Origin: Lingula anatina
Lineage: Eukaryota > Animalia > Brachiopoda
Direction: 5' to 3'
NCBI GenBank assembly: GCA_051362555.1
Contig: CM120647.1
Coordinates: 15,166,651-15,230,650, forward strand
Length of the DNA: 64,000 nt
This document shows, piece by piece, positions 51,001 through 64,000 of this stretch (position 1 is the stretch's first letter; each line of letters starts with the position of its first letter). Under the pieces are notes generated by a model, which saw only the letters and a program-made list of their open reading frames with translations, was not told where the DNA came from and did no database searches. The position numbers and the translations under genes are program-made.

Positions 51001-54000
51001 TTAGTTGTCATTATTTTGTCATTAGTTTGCTCATTAGTGGACATTTAGGAAAAAGAAGAAAGAAAAAAAAAAGAAACTGTCTTCTTCCAGAATACCAATT
51101 ATTTACTGGGCTAACCCTAAATTGTTGTCTTTTTGGAATATGTCCCCGTAGAATACCTTAAATGAGTTTTAAACGGACATTGATGGAAATATCAGCATCT
51201 CAAGTGAATCAAACTTGTCAGCAAATTCTTCTTGAGCAGATAATCTCGTCCGGTGGGTATACATGTTGCTTTGAGCAGGATGTTAGTCAAAATGCCCAAG
51301 CCAAGTTGTATGGGTATTGGCTTACAGTGAACTTCTTATCTCTATATTCAGATTTTGAGAGTAAAGAAATATTTGGTGCGGCATTTTAATAGGCTGTACA
51401 AAATATACATTTATGCTGTCTCATTTTCTCTCTCTCTCTCTCTGTACACAAAAAATTGTCCATTTTCTCATTTTTTATGGTATCACCTTTATTTTCTGAA
51501 GATTCTGAAGATATCTGTGAAAAAAAAATCCACATAATCCAGTGCATCTCCATAGGCTAATTATCCAATGAGTTCTTATTTAAAGACTGGGGTCTTATCT
51601 TATTTTTTTCTGAATATACCTTTTTTCTTTGCATTTAAGAAAAATTTTATTATTATTACTATAATTACTTATAGGTGTTAATTTATTGATTGCATCACAT
51701 CTGATTTTTCCCTGATCCTAATTGCCAGCTTTCTTTTATTGATAAAGGGTGGTAAATTTCTCTGCATACTAACAGAGTGGTAGTTTTGCTCCAACCTACA
51801 CTTAGAGTACTGATGTGTTGAAAAAAATGAAAGAAGCTGGAGATTATTCTTCATACTTACAGGGTCATATTTTTTCTCCCCCGCTGGCTTCACTCTGTGT
51901 ATATGTTGGAAGCCTGCTGGAGGTCCACAGATACATTCTTTGTAAAGGGCGTACACTGGACATGCTGGCCAGCTGTCTGTTTCCTCATCGTAGGTTATAC
52001 ATTCCATCATCCCGCAGCACTGGTCACGCACCTGTCCGCAGTAACGCCCCAGTGGCAGCGTTTTGTAACACTGAATTTGATTGAATAAAATGTAAAAATT
52101 AAGAGAAATTATTTGATAAGGAGGGGCATGTTTGAAATACCTGTACGATTAGATAATATTTGTTATAATCAGGAAAAGTCACGTAGATTAAATACAATTT
52201 TAATCAAAAAATTGTTGCGCAAGTCAAAGCACTTTGGTATCATCTTGTAAAACTGCATCAAATGAGTTATTAAAAATATGTTGCTATACAAACAGTACAG
52301 ACTTACTTATTCTGAAGTCTATTTCAAATTTTCTTTTCATTTATTTGCAGAGTTTTCTCTTCTCGGGATTTCAAGAACTTTTAGATCCAGCTTTTTAGTA
52401 AATTAAAAGAGGCATATCATCTGTTTAAGAACTTGAGATATGTTGAGGATAGATCCCAGATGAATTTGATTGAATCTCTTTGTAATCTTGTCTGATAATT
52501 TACATGGTTTTCATCTAAAAAAATAATATCATTCCTGATCAATAAAGGAGACAGTGAATAAAATTAGTCTAAGATCTTTCCTTATTCAAGGAACTGATAC
52601 AGTAAATGAGATTTGCTTTGCCCTTAGACTTTTTGTCCTTAGACTTTTTTTCACATTGAAGGTTATGAGTATCTAAGGGCCTGTCCAGAAGAAATTTTTT
52701 ACACGGACTGATGGATTTGTGCATCAGATATGTCCAAACCCACTTGTAATCTTGCTGTGTAACCCAGCGGGGAAGCCATTGGGGGATAAAAGTTAGTACA
52801 TTTGGGATGAAAAGGGACAAGATATTTTACAGTTAGTTATTTTGTCAACATATTTTTTGAGCATGCTCTGTTTAAAAGAGGCAAAAAGTCAGAATTATGA
52901 GTACCTACTTGATGCACTTTCGGCTTTTGACTTTTGACTTCAGCCCACCCCCTTAATTGATAATGTTAATGTTAATATTGCATGAGAAACAGACTTTGTA
53001 GCTGAACATGGCAAAAAAGGCCTTTTTATACAGGAATAAGAACCTGTTGATATTTTTCTTTCTCTTTTCATATTGATCATGTTGGTAGCCAGAGGTTGAA
53101 GTGCACCCAGAATTCCGGACTGGGTCTCTGGTCTCTCTCCTCTATTATCGACAACTGTCTGCCATTGCCTTAAATTGTAACTGGGAATGGCAGAGACATG
53201 CTCTTAAACACAGGGTGTTGATAAAGGACCAAGCAAACCTGTACACTACCAGTACTAATTCCTTTAGATTACGCAGAGTTTTCATTTATTAAATTTGGGG
53301 CGATTTTGGATAAGGCAAGTGCTTCCCTTGTCTAAGTGAATAGAGTTTATTCTATTTTAAAATGTTTTTTTTTTTTTTTAAGTTTCAGCAAAATTAATTA
53401 CATTTTTTGACATCAGATATGGATTTCTTTCATTTTTCATAGTTAAAGTTGAAACTTTGAAGTATTTGGCAAAAATAAATAGATATAAAATAAGTAATTT
53501 ATTTTTAAGTAGCTGTGATTTTAAAATGGTAAAAAATGCATATGAATGTATAAATAGATGAGTTGCAATTGATAAAATACCAGTTATTGATACATTGCTT
53601 CTCATGATTTTAACTATGCCTACAGTACCCCTGAAGTGTCACATCATTGACATGATTTCATATACTTACCAAAGCCCCTAGCCTCCTGTACTGCTTGGTT
53701 TTCTCCAGATTGTTGACCTTGGTGTCTTGTCCATCTACCACAACAGTTGTTGCCAAAATGACGACGATAACAATAACTGCACAGAAGTGGACATGTATAC
53801 CATTATTTATCCAGTGCCTCCTGGGGTATATGATAGAGCTATGAGCATGAACAGACGTGGTGCACATTTGGAATATTTTTGAAACCAGCATTGTCCTGTT
53901 GATTTGGCATTTAAGGAACAACAGTCTTTTAAATGTATTTGCACTGTAGTTGCTGCTTTTGAACTAAGTTTTCATGTCTTTGTCTTCCACAGAGTTTCAT

Positions 54001-57000
54001 AATTCTGCTATTTCCTTTCAGTTGGTGACTGCAGTTCATCATTTAAATTCCAAGAAATAGCCTGACTGCATGTAACTATGAGGTCCATTATGTTAACAGC
54101 AACAAACGAAAAGACTCTAGCTTTGACTAGAACATGCTTTTTTCAAGGAAACTAGGTTGATCATTAATTTATGGTCCATCTGTGTAACTGGTAACAACTT
54201 AAATGGTATCAAAGCGGTCTTGTTTGTTTAGTCAAGAATTTCAACTTCCAGTCTTGAGTATTCCAGCTCATTAGAAACAGTGAAACATCCCCATTTATTT
54301 ATATCCACCTGCTCATATCCACTTGAAGAAAATGATGAAAATTTATAACATGGTCTATTTTATTCCTCTCTTCCCATTAGAAGCAGTGTGTTAATTCATA
54401 TCCACATTGTGACTCAGTCGTTTTCCTTTCTTCTCATTAAAAACAGTGCACATTCTCATTCAAGTATGACCACTTGAAGAAAGTTCAAATAAATGTGATC
54501 CTAACAGTCGTATTCCCTTCTTCTCATTAGACATTGTACATTCAATTGATTCGTAGACACTTGCTGTTTGCCTTTAAGAGATTGAAATAGAAACGTAATA
54601 ATGATCCGGTGCTCTGTCTTCACTAATCTCCACAGGGATTACAAGCTGCTAAATATGTGCGAATAACTAGACTTAAGTCTTCCTGTGTGTTGACTCCCTA
54701 GACCTTATTATCTTTGGCGTGCACATGGATGGTTCTTAAATAATCAATGAGCTGAAATATTTTATTATGAAGTATAATTAGTGTGTGATGTTTCTTTGAT
54801 GAAACTGTAAGTAATTTGTTGATTTCAGATAGATTTCATAATTAAATACATGTATAAGGCATATGAGTATAAATATTAATTTGGAGTATTGTCTGAAAAC
54901 ACCACACATTGAAATAATCAAGAATGTAGTTATATATATTAATTTAATAAAATTTACTCTTTTTCATTTTTATATATATATAAAAACTTATTCTTATGAT
55001 ATTGAGACATTTCACTGCAAAGCAAATTATCCCTATTCCATTTAGTCTTCACCCCCAATTTACTGTGAGAGTATCATCCAACCGTGACCGCATACAAACC
55101 TTTCTATTCACACTCATTGGCAATGATCTTTGTGTTCCATCTTCAAGTTATTGAATTAACATGCGGATGTAAACAAAAGGTCGGTGAAGCCTGCCCCTAA
55201 GTGTCAGTTATTTTGGCATTAGGATCCCCTGGGCATTGGATGGAATGATGGATGTTGTTACTTAAAATATATATATATCCTGTTTCTGAATAACTTTCAA
55301 GTAGACTGTTATGCTTTAGGTTCCAATCCCAATCACCTTGTGATGATAAAATGTAATACTGCATATATAAAATTAGATGATACGTTTTTGACTCGACTTT
55401 GATCCAAATTATAGAACAAAAATGACAGTTATTAACTATAAATGAATTATACAAATAAATAAGTACATAAACAAATAAAATTAAAAAAAAAGAATTAAAA
55501 GGAAACACCCGGTCACAAATAGCCTAATTTTATATTTTGCCATACAGGTAAGTGAAAAAATTTATGGCACTGGAAAATATAATTTTGTTTCTTATTTGCA
55601 AGGCGAAAGAAATATAAGACTAGTGCATGTACATGATTACCTGTAAGTTACTTGTAATACTAACTTAAGTATTCAGATTACATCTAGATGACTAACTAAA
55701 TCCAGAGATATTCCTCATCAGGAGGAAAAAATTATCCACGTAACAAACAGACATACCATCTTCACAGAGAAATCCGTGGTTGGTTAAAAGCACATTTTCA
55801 CTGATGCATACTCTCTTTTTAACGACTAACTGGAGTCGTCAAATAACATCTAAATAATTTACTATCTCAGGAAGTATTTAAATAATTCTCGTTGGGAGCT
55901 GGGGGAAAAAATCATCTTTGTGACATTTTGGCAGACATCTGTCCTAAAAACAACAAATGTGCAGTTGATATGTATGTATTGATTGAATTAGGAGGTTTGT
56001 GTCTCAGGGGAGGCGGGATTGGCATAGACGCATCATTTCACAAATTACTCCTAAGAATGCAGCAGTGCAACTATTGAGTAGGCTTAGCGTGGAGGGTCCC
56101 TTTTTTCTTATTTTTGAAGCTGTGGCATTTTGCTTATAATTGCAAAATTGAATCCTTATGGGGCTAGTAACAGTGATAAAAAAGGCTTCATTTCATCATC
56201 TATTTTAAGTTGTATCTTCTATGACAGTATTTCTGTTATTCCTACAGCCATGCTTTGAAATTACTGTATTTTCATTTATCAGAATGATAACAAAAAAATC
56301 CATCAATGGCGCTAAGCAGCTAATTGAGTAATAACAGATAGATCACAAAGATGTATAGGTTTCAATTCTTATGTCAGTGAGACCCAGAGAAGATCACAGC
56401 TTTTCCAGTGGAGGAAGGAATTAGCATACAGATGAGGTCTTTTATAAGATTATTGCGAATTCCCTGGTGGGATTGTGAAGACCTTTTTCAGGGAAATAGC
56501 TACTAATCAATCAATAGGGCGGCAATGCTTAACGTAACAGTGAAGCACTGGCTTCATTTACAATTTTAGGTTGTATTGGATTTGTATGGGCCATGCAAAT
56601 ACCTTGTGTGGGAAAGAAACTGAATTTATTTTTAAAGGAAAATGGTATCACAAACTCATCTTTTTAAATGAGAGTTGCATTGGATGAGGTAACCACAATT
56701 GCAAAGGATTTTTTTCTGTATAATTTTTTAATAAAACTTAATAATCTTTTATCAGCTTTTTTTTTTATAAATCAAAATATAATGCATGCCTTTGTGTTTG
56801 AAGGATCATATTAAAAAAAGCAGTGAGATCAGATGAGAGGACTTTCAGTTTTCGATAAATAATAAGAGTTGTATTTGCATGTATTTTGACAGGTACTTGC
56901 GCCACTGTAGATGGAGAAAACAGGCAGATTTCCAGGCGGGTAAAATGCCAGCTGAAGAATACATAGACACTGACATGGAGGAACAAATGACACGGAGTCT

Positions 57001-59833
57001 AGATCAAAATAGAATTGCTGGAGATGGAATGAAGAAAATGAAAGGGGAAGAAAATGGTGATTTCTGTTGAAATGTCTTACACATTTTTAATTGAAATTTA
57101 AGTTTGAAAATTAAAGTAAAATTGCCTCTTTTGTGTGAAAACTGAAAATTGATTTGAATTTGGGAAATTATTGCCTTTTGAATTTGTAATTATTTTATCA
57201 AATATGTAAAAATATGATTCATTATACTTAAGCAGATGTTGCTATTGGAGATGAAATTATTTAAATTATAACCTATTTGAATAATTAAAATATTTTAATT
57301 TAAATATATTTTTCTTATCCCAGTTAATTCATCTTCATCAGAGGATCAGGAAAAGAGCATTTTCTCAAAGGGCAATAGGCATTCAAAACAGTGGGGGCAA
57401 AACAGTGCCCTTGGTATGTATAATGATGAATCAGAATGGGGTCAAGGCCAATCTAAAAGCAATATAGACAGTAACAGTTCAGATTACAAATCTGAAAAAG
57501 AAATGGAATTAGCTCAAGGTGAAGGTCATCCCATGGACTGGAACAATGTAAGTGAGAAGGAATCTGAGGACTTTTGGGCAACACCAGAGGTAAAATCAGA
57601 ATACTCATCATGGGATGCGGTAGATGAAAAGGATGCTGAAGAGTTTTGGGGAACCTCAGATACAGAGGATATACAGGATAAGAAGACAGAATTAGGTCAA
57701 GGCCAGTCAGGGTCACCATGGGGTGAAGGTGGCACAGATACTGGAACTATGTCATGGGGTGTCTCTGAGACTGCTCAGAATAACAAGGTTTTAAGTGGAG
57801 TTAATGAAATAGACCAAAATAAACACAACGCAGTATCATCAAATAAAACAAATGCATTAAGTCAAGGTCAAGATCACTCAACTTCCTGGGAAAATGCTGA
57901 TTCAAGAATATCTGCTGAGTTTTGGGGCAATGTGACAGATGGTGTTTCAAATGCAGACAGTTCAGATGTAAATGATAAAACAGTTTTGTCAGAAAAAATT
58001 GATGACAAAAGTAATGCTACCTCAGCTCTCAGGTCAAGGTCAGATCATATACCACAAGATGTCGATCCTTTGGAGGTAAATACAGGAGCAACTCATAGTC
58101 TAAAATCACAGAAAGATTCACAGTTATCAAAATTAAATAGTGTTATTGCATCACAAGAAAATAAGAAATCACAGCAGGCTTTTAAACAGTCGGACAATGG
58201 AGAAAACTGTGAGGATGATAATATAGTGGATGAAAGATCACTGATGGATGACCCTGGTGGTGAATTATATGTAGTAGAGAGCAGTGAAGAGGAGGAGGAG
58301 GATGTCACTATGGCAACAAGATTGAAATGGAGGCCATGTCAGAAAAGGGAAGAATACAAAGTCAAAGAATATTTGTGTCTTAGTTTAGAAGAGGTGAGTT
58401 CAATTTGAATCTAAGTTTTGTTGGATCATTTTTACAGCTATAATTAAATTTATGAAATATTATTAAATTATTTTATCGTAAAGTATGTTTAAGCTTTGAT
58501 GTTATACCAGACAATTTTATCTAATCACAAAGAGCAAATTTGAAATTGAACATTTGTGGTTATTAAAAAAAGAAAATGGAATCATATAAATGTTACTGAC
58601 AGTATTGACCAATTTATATCTTAAACACTAGTTAATTCTTATTTTTTGTTTTTCCAGGCATTTTTTCTATCATACGGTTTAGGTTGCCTCGTTGTACATG
58701 ATGAATCTAAGGTAAAAATTACTTGTCAGTGAAGTGAATCTGGGTGCACAAGATATTACATATTAATTGTTTACAATATTCGTCCAGTTTCACTTTTCCA
58801 AATTATCATGATACAAAGTGATGACTGAATTTTATTAACAAATTCAAATGTAATACCAGGATATCTTACTCTTTCAACACCCTATGTTATAACTTTTTGA
58901 GGTTGTGAATTAAATCAAATTAGGGCCAGTTCTTACGTTAAACTTAGTTTTGTTAATTTTCACTTGCAGAAGAAACTAAATCTGACAGAAATGTGGCGCA
59001 AGTTTTGCTCAAGACAAAAGAACTTCCTGAACAACTACATTGCATATCATTCCCTAAGAAGTAAAGGATGGGTGCCAAAAACTGGAATTAAGTATGGGGC
59101 TGAATTTAGTAAGTACCCCACACAACAGAGTACAAAGATAATCAAATATTATATTGCTTTGGGTTATGTTTATGTTTTGTACACCTTAAAGTTATTTGTT
59201 ACTCACATTTTTTTGTTGAATTTTTTTTAAATTTTTTTCTTTGCAAGTTTAGATATTATAAATAAAATGAATGTATTGTCCAGATCTAGGTTACTCACTC
59301 AAATTCTGTAGTCTCAGATTTAAAGACATGACTTTAAAAACTTGGTCAAGTAAATAGAAAAAAATTACATTTCTCTTCCAGACAAGACACAAAATAAAGG
59401 CTGTTTTATTTTCCAGTCCTATATAAACAGGGTCCTCCATTTTATCACTCCTCCTACTCCGTGGTGGTACTTCCTGTGAAGGAAGAAAACTTGGAACAAG
59501 AGAAGCTGCTGTCCTGGACCTCACAGGCAGGGATGAACAGGGTCACTGAACAGGTGTCCAAGGTCAGTGGGAAGATATTCTGTTTTTCCTTTTGTTTAAT
59601 TTTGACAGTAAAAGCTGGTGTGAAATATGTTACATACAAGTGGGCCCTGCTTCTATTAGAGTTAAGATTTTTTTCTTTCTTTTTTTTTTTTTTTGGGGGG
59701 GGGGGGGGGGAGGGGGAGGGCTTTATTTTTACAGAGGCTTCTATTTTTGTATCCATTCCAAAATATTCAGTATTAGTCTTCAGTATTACTGCATCAATCT
59801 ACTAACCACAGCCTACTGGTACCACTGCAATAT

Positions 59834-59885
<52 letters not shown>

Positions 59886-61051
59886 GGGAGGGCTTTATTT
59901 TTACAGAGGCTTCTATTTTTGTATCCATTCCAAAATATTCAGTATTAGTCTTCAGTATTACTGCATCAATCTACTAACCACAGCCTACTGGTACCACTGC
60001 AATATAGGTAAAGTGGGGGTCTTTACTGAAGCAAGGGCCACTATTTTGTGAAATATGGTTACTTGGTTTTATAAATTATGTCTTTTTGCTCTTTTAGTTT
60101 CTTTAGAAGAATCAAAAATTAAGTTGTCCGAGTTTCTTTTTATAATTTCAAATTGATAATGGAAATTTAACACCCTGAAGATACAAGCAGAGCTCTTATT
60201 GTGACTTATAAAATGGGGGTAGAGGGTTCAAAGGAGTACAACTCATTGTGCATTTAATTTCATGTGATGTCAATAATGTTTAAATTAGTTTAATTTTTCC
60301 TTCACACAAAGAAAAAGCTTATTTTTAGTAAGTCAGAGTCAATCACAGTCATCTCAGTCAAGACAAGGGCATTTTGTATTTTAATAAAATTTAAAAATTC
60401 TTATCACTAACTGGCTTCTACATTCACATTCTTGTAGGAAGTTTTGCTGTGTTATGTAATACGACCAAGAGGAGTAACTGATGAGGATCTTAGCTCTCCA
60501 GCTTGCATTCCAAAATTTAAGATAATGGTAAAGTCTCTACTGAATTTTGTTACCATTGGGGTTTTTGATATGTCACTTGCTATAATGTTTTTAAAGACTT
60601 AAAGAGATAATTTTAATGTGCAAGGAGATTTGAACAATAGGGAAAAAGAATTTCCTCACAATGTATTTGGCAGGTAGCAGTAATAAACTAATTTAAATAT
60701 TTGCTAGGAGGGCAAATGGGCATTTTCCAGTGTGATAGTTTTATTCAACAACATAGATAAATAATTTAAAAGTACTTTTTAGCAGAAAAACATTTTTTTG
60801 TATTTAATATTGATTCAGGTTTTCTGTTTAAACTAAAAATGCTTAAATTTAGATGTAAAATTATAACTGGACACCTCTTTATTTTATTAGAAAAAAAATT
60901 GTGAAAATGCTCACATGTATTCTGCTTGACAAATTTGATAAATTGCTGTATAATCAAAATTAATGTATTTTTGTATTCCCAGGAGGTCATAATTGAAAGA
61001 TGGGTGGCGCCACAGGAGAGAGATAACCAGGGAGAACAGCAGTTTCCATGA
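47435..61051 (+). CDS. TSEN2: tRNA-splicing endonuclease subunit Sen2, about 676 aa; exons 47435-47567, 47802-47866, 48435-48535, 56893-57056, 57324-58393, 58658-58711, 58970-59108, 59417-59562, 60438-60527, 60983-61051
   Basis: APKRKR..PFPIP, GFFGKG..SR, EYLCLSLEEAFFLSYGLGCL, YIAYHSLRSKGWVPKTGIKYG, LYKQGPPFYHSSYSV (catalytic Tyr/His), QVSKE (Lys), ERWV; phases consistent. Confidence 0.93.
47983..48050. repeat. (CT)n microsatellite (others: (AT)n 29378-29442, (GT)n(GA)n in SDR intron 3, poly-T 3627-3669)
   Basis: Direct reading. Confidence 0.95.
49112..53867 (-). CDS. Nested antisense gene: secreted precursor (about 204 aa) with two tandem 8-Cys knottin-like domains; exons 53670-53867, 51861-52070, 49112-49318
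   Basis: Exon 1 has the hydrophobic FCAVIVIVVILATTVVVDG, then QDTK...QYRR LGAL and a gtaagt donor. Exon 2 encodes CYKTLPLGRYCGQVRDQCCGMMECITYDEETDSWPACPVYALYKECIC with a gtaagt donor. Exon 3 encodes CHNRIPQGKPCGKKQDGCCGVMHCLQYNWKPCPRDAAQEDCMC then a stop. All junctions are phase 0 with CAG acceptors. Confidence 0.85.
59665..60008. repeat. Tandem duplication of about 172 bp in a TSEN2 intron, each unit starting poly-T/poly-G
   Basis: agggggagggctttatttttacagagg...ccactgcaatataggt occurs twice, identical outside the homopolymers. Confidence 0.85.
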
Positions 61052-62066
61052 AGCCTAGATTAATTGAATATGAAGAAAAACATAATCAGAAACTTTGGTT
61101 TACAGAATAACAAAATATGACTTTTTAAACAAAGTCGGATCAACAGTCTCATGCTATGGATTTTGCTGGAAAATATATGATCTAGAAGGAACAAATTAGT
61201 TTGAACTGGAGGAAAAAGAAACCCAAGCAAGCAGCGGGGAGTTAAAAACTCTTTAACAAGATATAGAATTTCAGAAATAAAGGTGTTTATATTTTCTTGG
61301 GCAAATTGTCTTTGGGTTTTCTCTCAACCATTCTTTTTTAAAAATGAGGTGGAAAGTCGGTGATATTATATATAATTATCCTAGCCTTAGGGCGAAATCC
61401 AACTGGATTCTAGGAAACAATTCAATAATTGCATATGTAAAAAACTCAGGAAATAAAACTGAAGGCATTCACTTAAACTAAAAGTAAATACAAATTTATT
61501 TTAAATTATATACATGTGAATTTGGACGGACTAAGCTCTGTGCAAAATAATACTGTATTAATATGATAGTAAACAGGCACTAAGAGAAAAAATTATTACT
61601 TAAAAAATTACCCAGTATACATCATGATGTAAAGAATATTTTAAAACACATTTACAGAATATTCACAGTATTTGATGGAAATAAATATCCTTATCCAAAA
61701 GAAAATGTCAGTGTAAATAATCCTTTTACTTGGAATGAGATGTCATCATTATCACCAAATATTTCCCCAATTTTTCATCAGGTGGCAGCACAAGATGAGT
61801 AAAAATTCTCAACAGATGGCATCACAAGTTAATTTCAGATCAACTCCGAAGTCTCTCATCTGCTTTGGGCAATTAAAACGAACAACTATTTGGGATGGAA
61901 TGGTCTAGTATGTTTTCATTTGTAGAATTCAAATATTACCCATATGGGCTGAATAATAAAATATTTTTGTGACCAACAATAAACTTAATTTTTCTTTGAA
62001 ACTTATTGCTCTTATTTCTTCCATTTCCAAATTTTTTAAATGAAGTCTCTTAGGCTGTGGTGACAT

Positions 62067-63628
62067 TTACTTGTTCTTTGGAGCAATGATACCCTCAAGT
62101 TGTGTCTGAAATGCAAATATAAAGAAAATTATTTTTGCTGCAAATATTACATTTAATGACTTGAATACCCAAATAGATTATCACTAACAAAGTAACAATG
62201 ATGGCTCACAATGCTAAGAAAAAACATATGGTTATGTGATATATAATATTGATTTTGACAGTGTAAAATATGACAACATCAAGTTCAGCGTCTAGTGTGT
62301 GCGCTAAATGATACTGCCACCGATGCATTTTCACTTGTTAAATAACACTGTGTTAGGAGAGCCTTACAATTGTTACAGATGTACAAAATACTCTTCTGAA
62401 GATTTCTTGACAACAAGTTGATTCAATAAATTCATTCAAAATTTATATCACTGGATCTGCATCAATAACTGTGTATTGTGGTAAATCCACGTGTTATCAG
62501 CAAAAGCTTTCAATTTGTGAAAAAGAAGCAATGCTAGTGTTGTCGCAGTAAAAATTTCTGTACATCTCGTAAATTAATTTAAGGAAGAATAATTATCATA
62601 ATATATCATAGATCTGCAGACTGTCTCTCTCTTACCTTGAGCTGCTGGTTCGTCCTCTTCAGGAACTGAATTTCTTCCGTGTGTTTCTTCTCCTCCACAG
62701 CTCTCTGCTCAGCGGCTCTCTTCTCAATCTGCTCGCACTTTGCCTTCAGCTCGTTCACCTGACGCTCCAGGTCACGCTTGTCGTTTTCAAGCTCAGCAAT
62801 CTGAAGTAACAGTGAAGATTATGAAAGAGCAAGCTCAGCTAACAAACATTAATTACTTACAATATATATGATATACTGATGTCAGAAAATTGTATATATA
62901 TCTGGCCTTTTTTTAAGAGGTGAAAACAAAAGATTACTGATACATGCTATATGATAATTTTACTCGTTCCAGTTAACAATACGATGGAAGGTCAAATATA
63001 TTTCTATATATTGTATACATTTATACATTCATTTCTACATATTGTATACATTTCTGGATTTCTTAGCAATAAGTCCTAAAATTTAGTACTTGTGACTGTG
63101 ACAATACTATGGATTATTGATTTTAATTGAGTGCTTGTGAAATGAGGACATAGTCCATAGTATTGTCATAGTCAAAAGGACTAATCTGAGGACTCTGACC
63201 TTCTTATTTTGCAAGTACAGTACCTGATTGAAATCCAAAATGCAGACTTTATGAAAATGGGTTCAAGCTTGTAAAGAAGAGATATAAAACTCCAAGGCAT
63301 TGCAGTATACTTAAAGTTTTGTTTTCATGGGCTTCATGAAACTTACCTCAGACTGGTTTATGTGGGATACTGAACTCAAATTTAAAAGCATAATGGCGAT
63401 TCACATATAATTGCATATATAATTTTCTAATTTTTTTCTCATAACATACCTTCTTCTCCATGTCAGCCTTGCCCTGTTCTGCCTGCAGAGCTTTGCGCAT
63501 GCCAAATGCCACACTGCTCTCGTACAGAGTCTGGTAGGCTGCGATGGTCATGCGGATCTCGTCCCTGACACGGAGCAACAACAGCCCCCTCTCGGCACAG
63601 TTGATGGTAACTTGCCTGATCAGCTCAT
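62067..63628 (-). CDS. DNALI1: Axonemal dynein light intermediate chain 1 (p28), last three exons 63450-63628, 62636-62800, 62067-62105; 5' part outside the window
   Basis: DELIRQVTINCAERGLLLLRVRDEIRMTIAAYQTLYESSVAFGMRKALQAEQGK; EEKKHTEEIQFLKRTNQQLK; TQLEGIIAPKNK*. Confidence 0.96.
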
Positions 63629-64000
63629 CTGAGGAGAACAAATACAAGGATATAAATATAACTGTCATTTCAGAGTCTGAGTGTACTTGACCGTGATAAA
63701 ACTTGTTTTGATGAGACAGGGTTTTACTGTCTTACCAACCAAGGCATCAACTGTAAATTGTAATTCAATTAAAATGTTTCCTTTTAAATTTATTATTTCT
63801 TAGACTTTGTTAGATAAAACACCTTTAATTTATAATGACCATACCACTAATTCTACTGTTCTCTTCAAAATGTATTAATTTCATAAACGTATGCCTGTGT
63901 TTATATTGTCATTTAAAGCATCATAATTTACCAAAAAATTTAAATCTTTACCAAAGCACTGTATGAAAAAAAACCCTCAATATTGTGGTATTGAATATAA

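Noticed and set aside
51162-51389. Possible extra exon of the nested Cys-rich gene (ORF with CC)
   Set aside because: On the plus strand, lacks the Cys framework and convincing splice sites
59665-60008. Identical intronic duplication as a functional element
   Set aside because: Bounded by long homopolymers; slippage or an assembly artefact is more likely

Overview
Eukaryotic, AT-rich, intron-containing invertebrate (probably lophotrochozoan) genomic DNA. 1-41 kb: a tandem array of five copies of a 4-exon classical SDR oxidoreductase gene (+). Copies 4 and 5 look intact, copies 2 and 3 are broken, and copy 1 is cut by the window edge. Most repeat units also carry a relic of the 3' end of the neighbouring DCAF13 gene. 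The array is dense with transposons: an intact young BEL/Pao LTR element, a decayed CR1/L2-group LINE, two Tc1 relics, a YqaJ/SWIM (ISL2EU/Kolobok-type) relic, and Harbinger-, Kolobok-, hAT- and HINE-like non-autonomous elements. 41-64 kb: complete DCAF13 (-, 12 exons, 445 aa), head-to-head with TSEN2 (+, 10 coding exons, about 676 aa, with a large acidic WG-rich insert), then the 3' end of DNALI1 (-). The most striking item is a 3-exon antisense gene nested in TSEN2 intron 3. It encodes a toxin-like precursor: signal peptide, propeptide, RR site, then two tandem 8-cysteine C-C-CC-C-C-C-C knottin-like domains, one per exon. All exon coordinates were read by eye and no database search was run.
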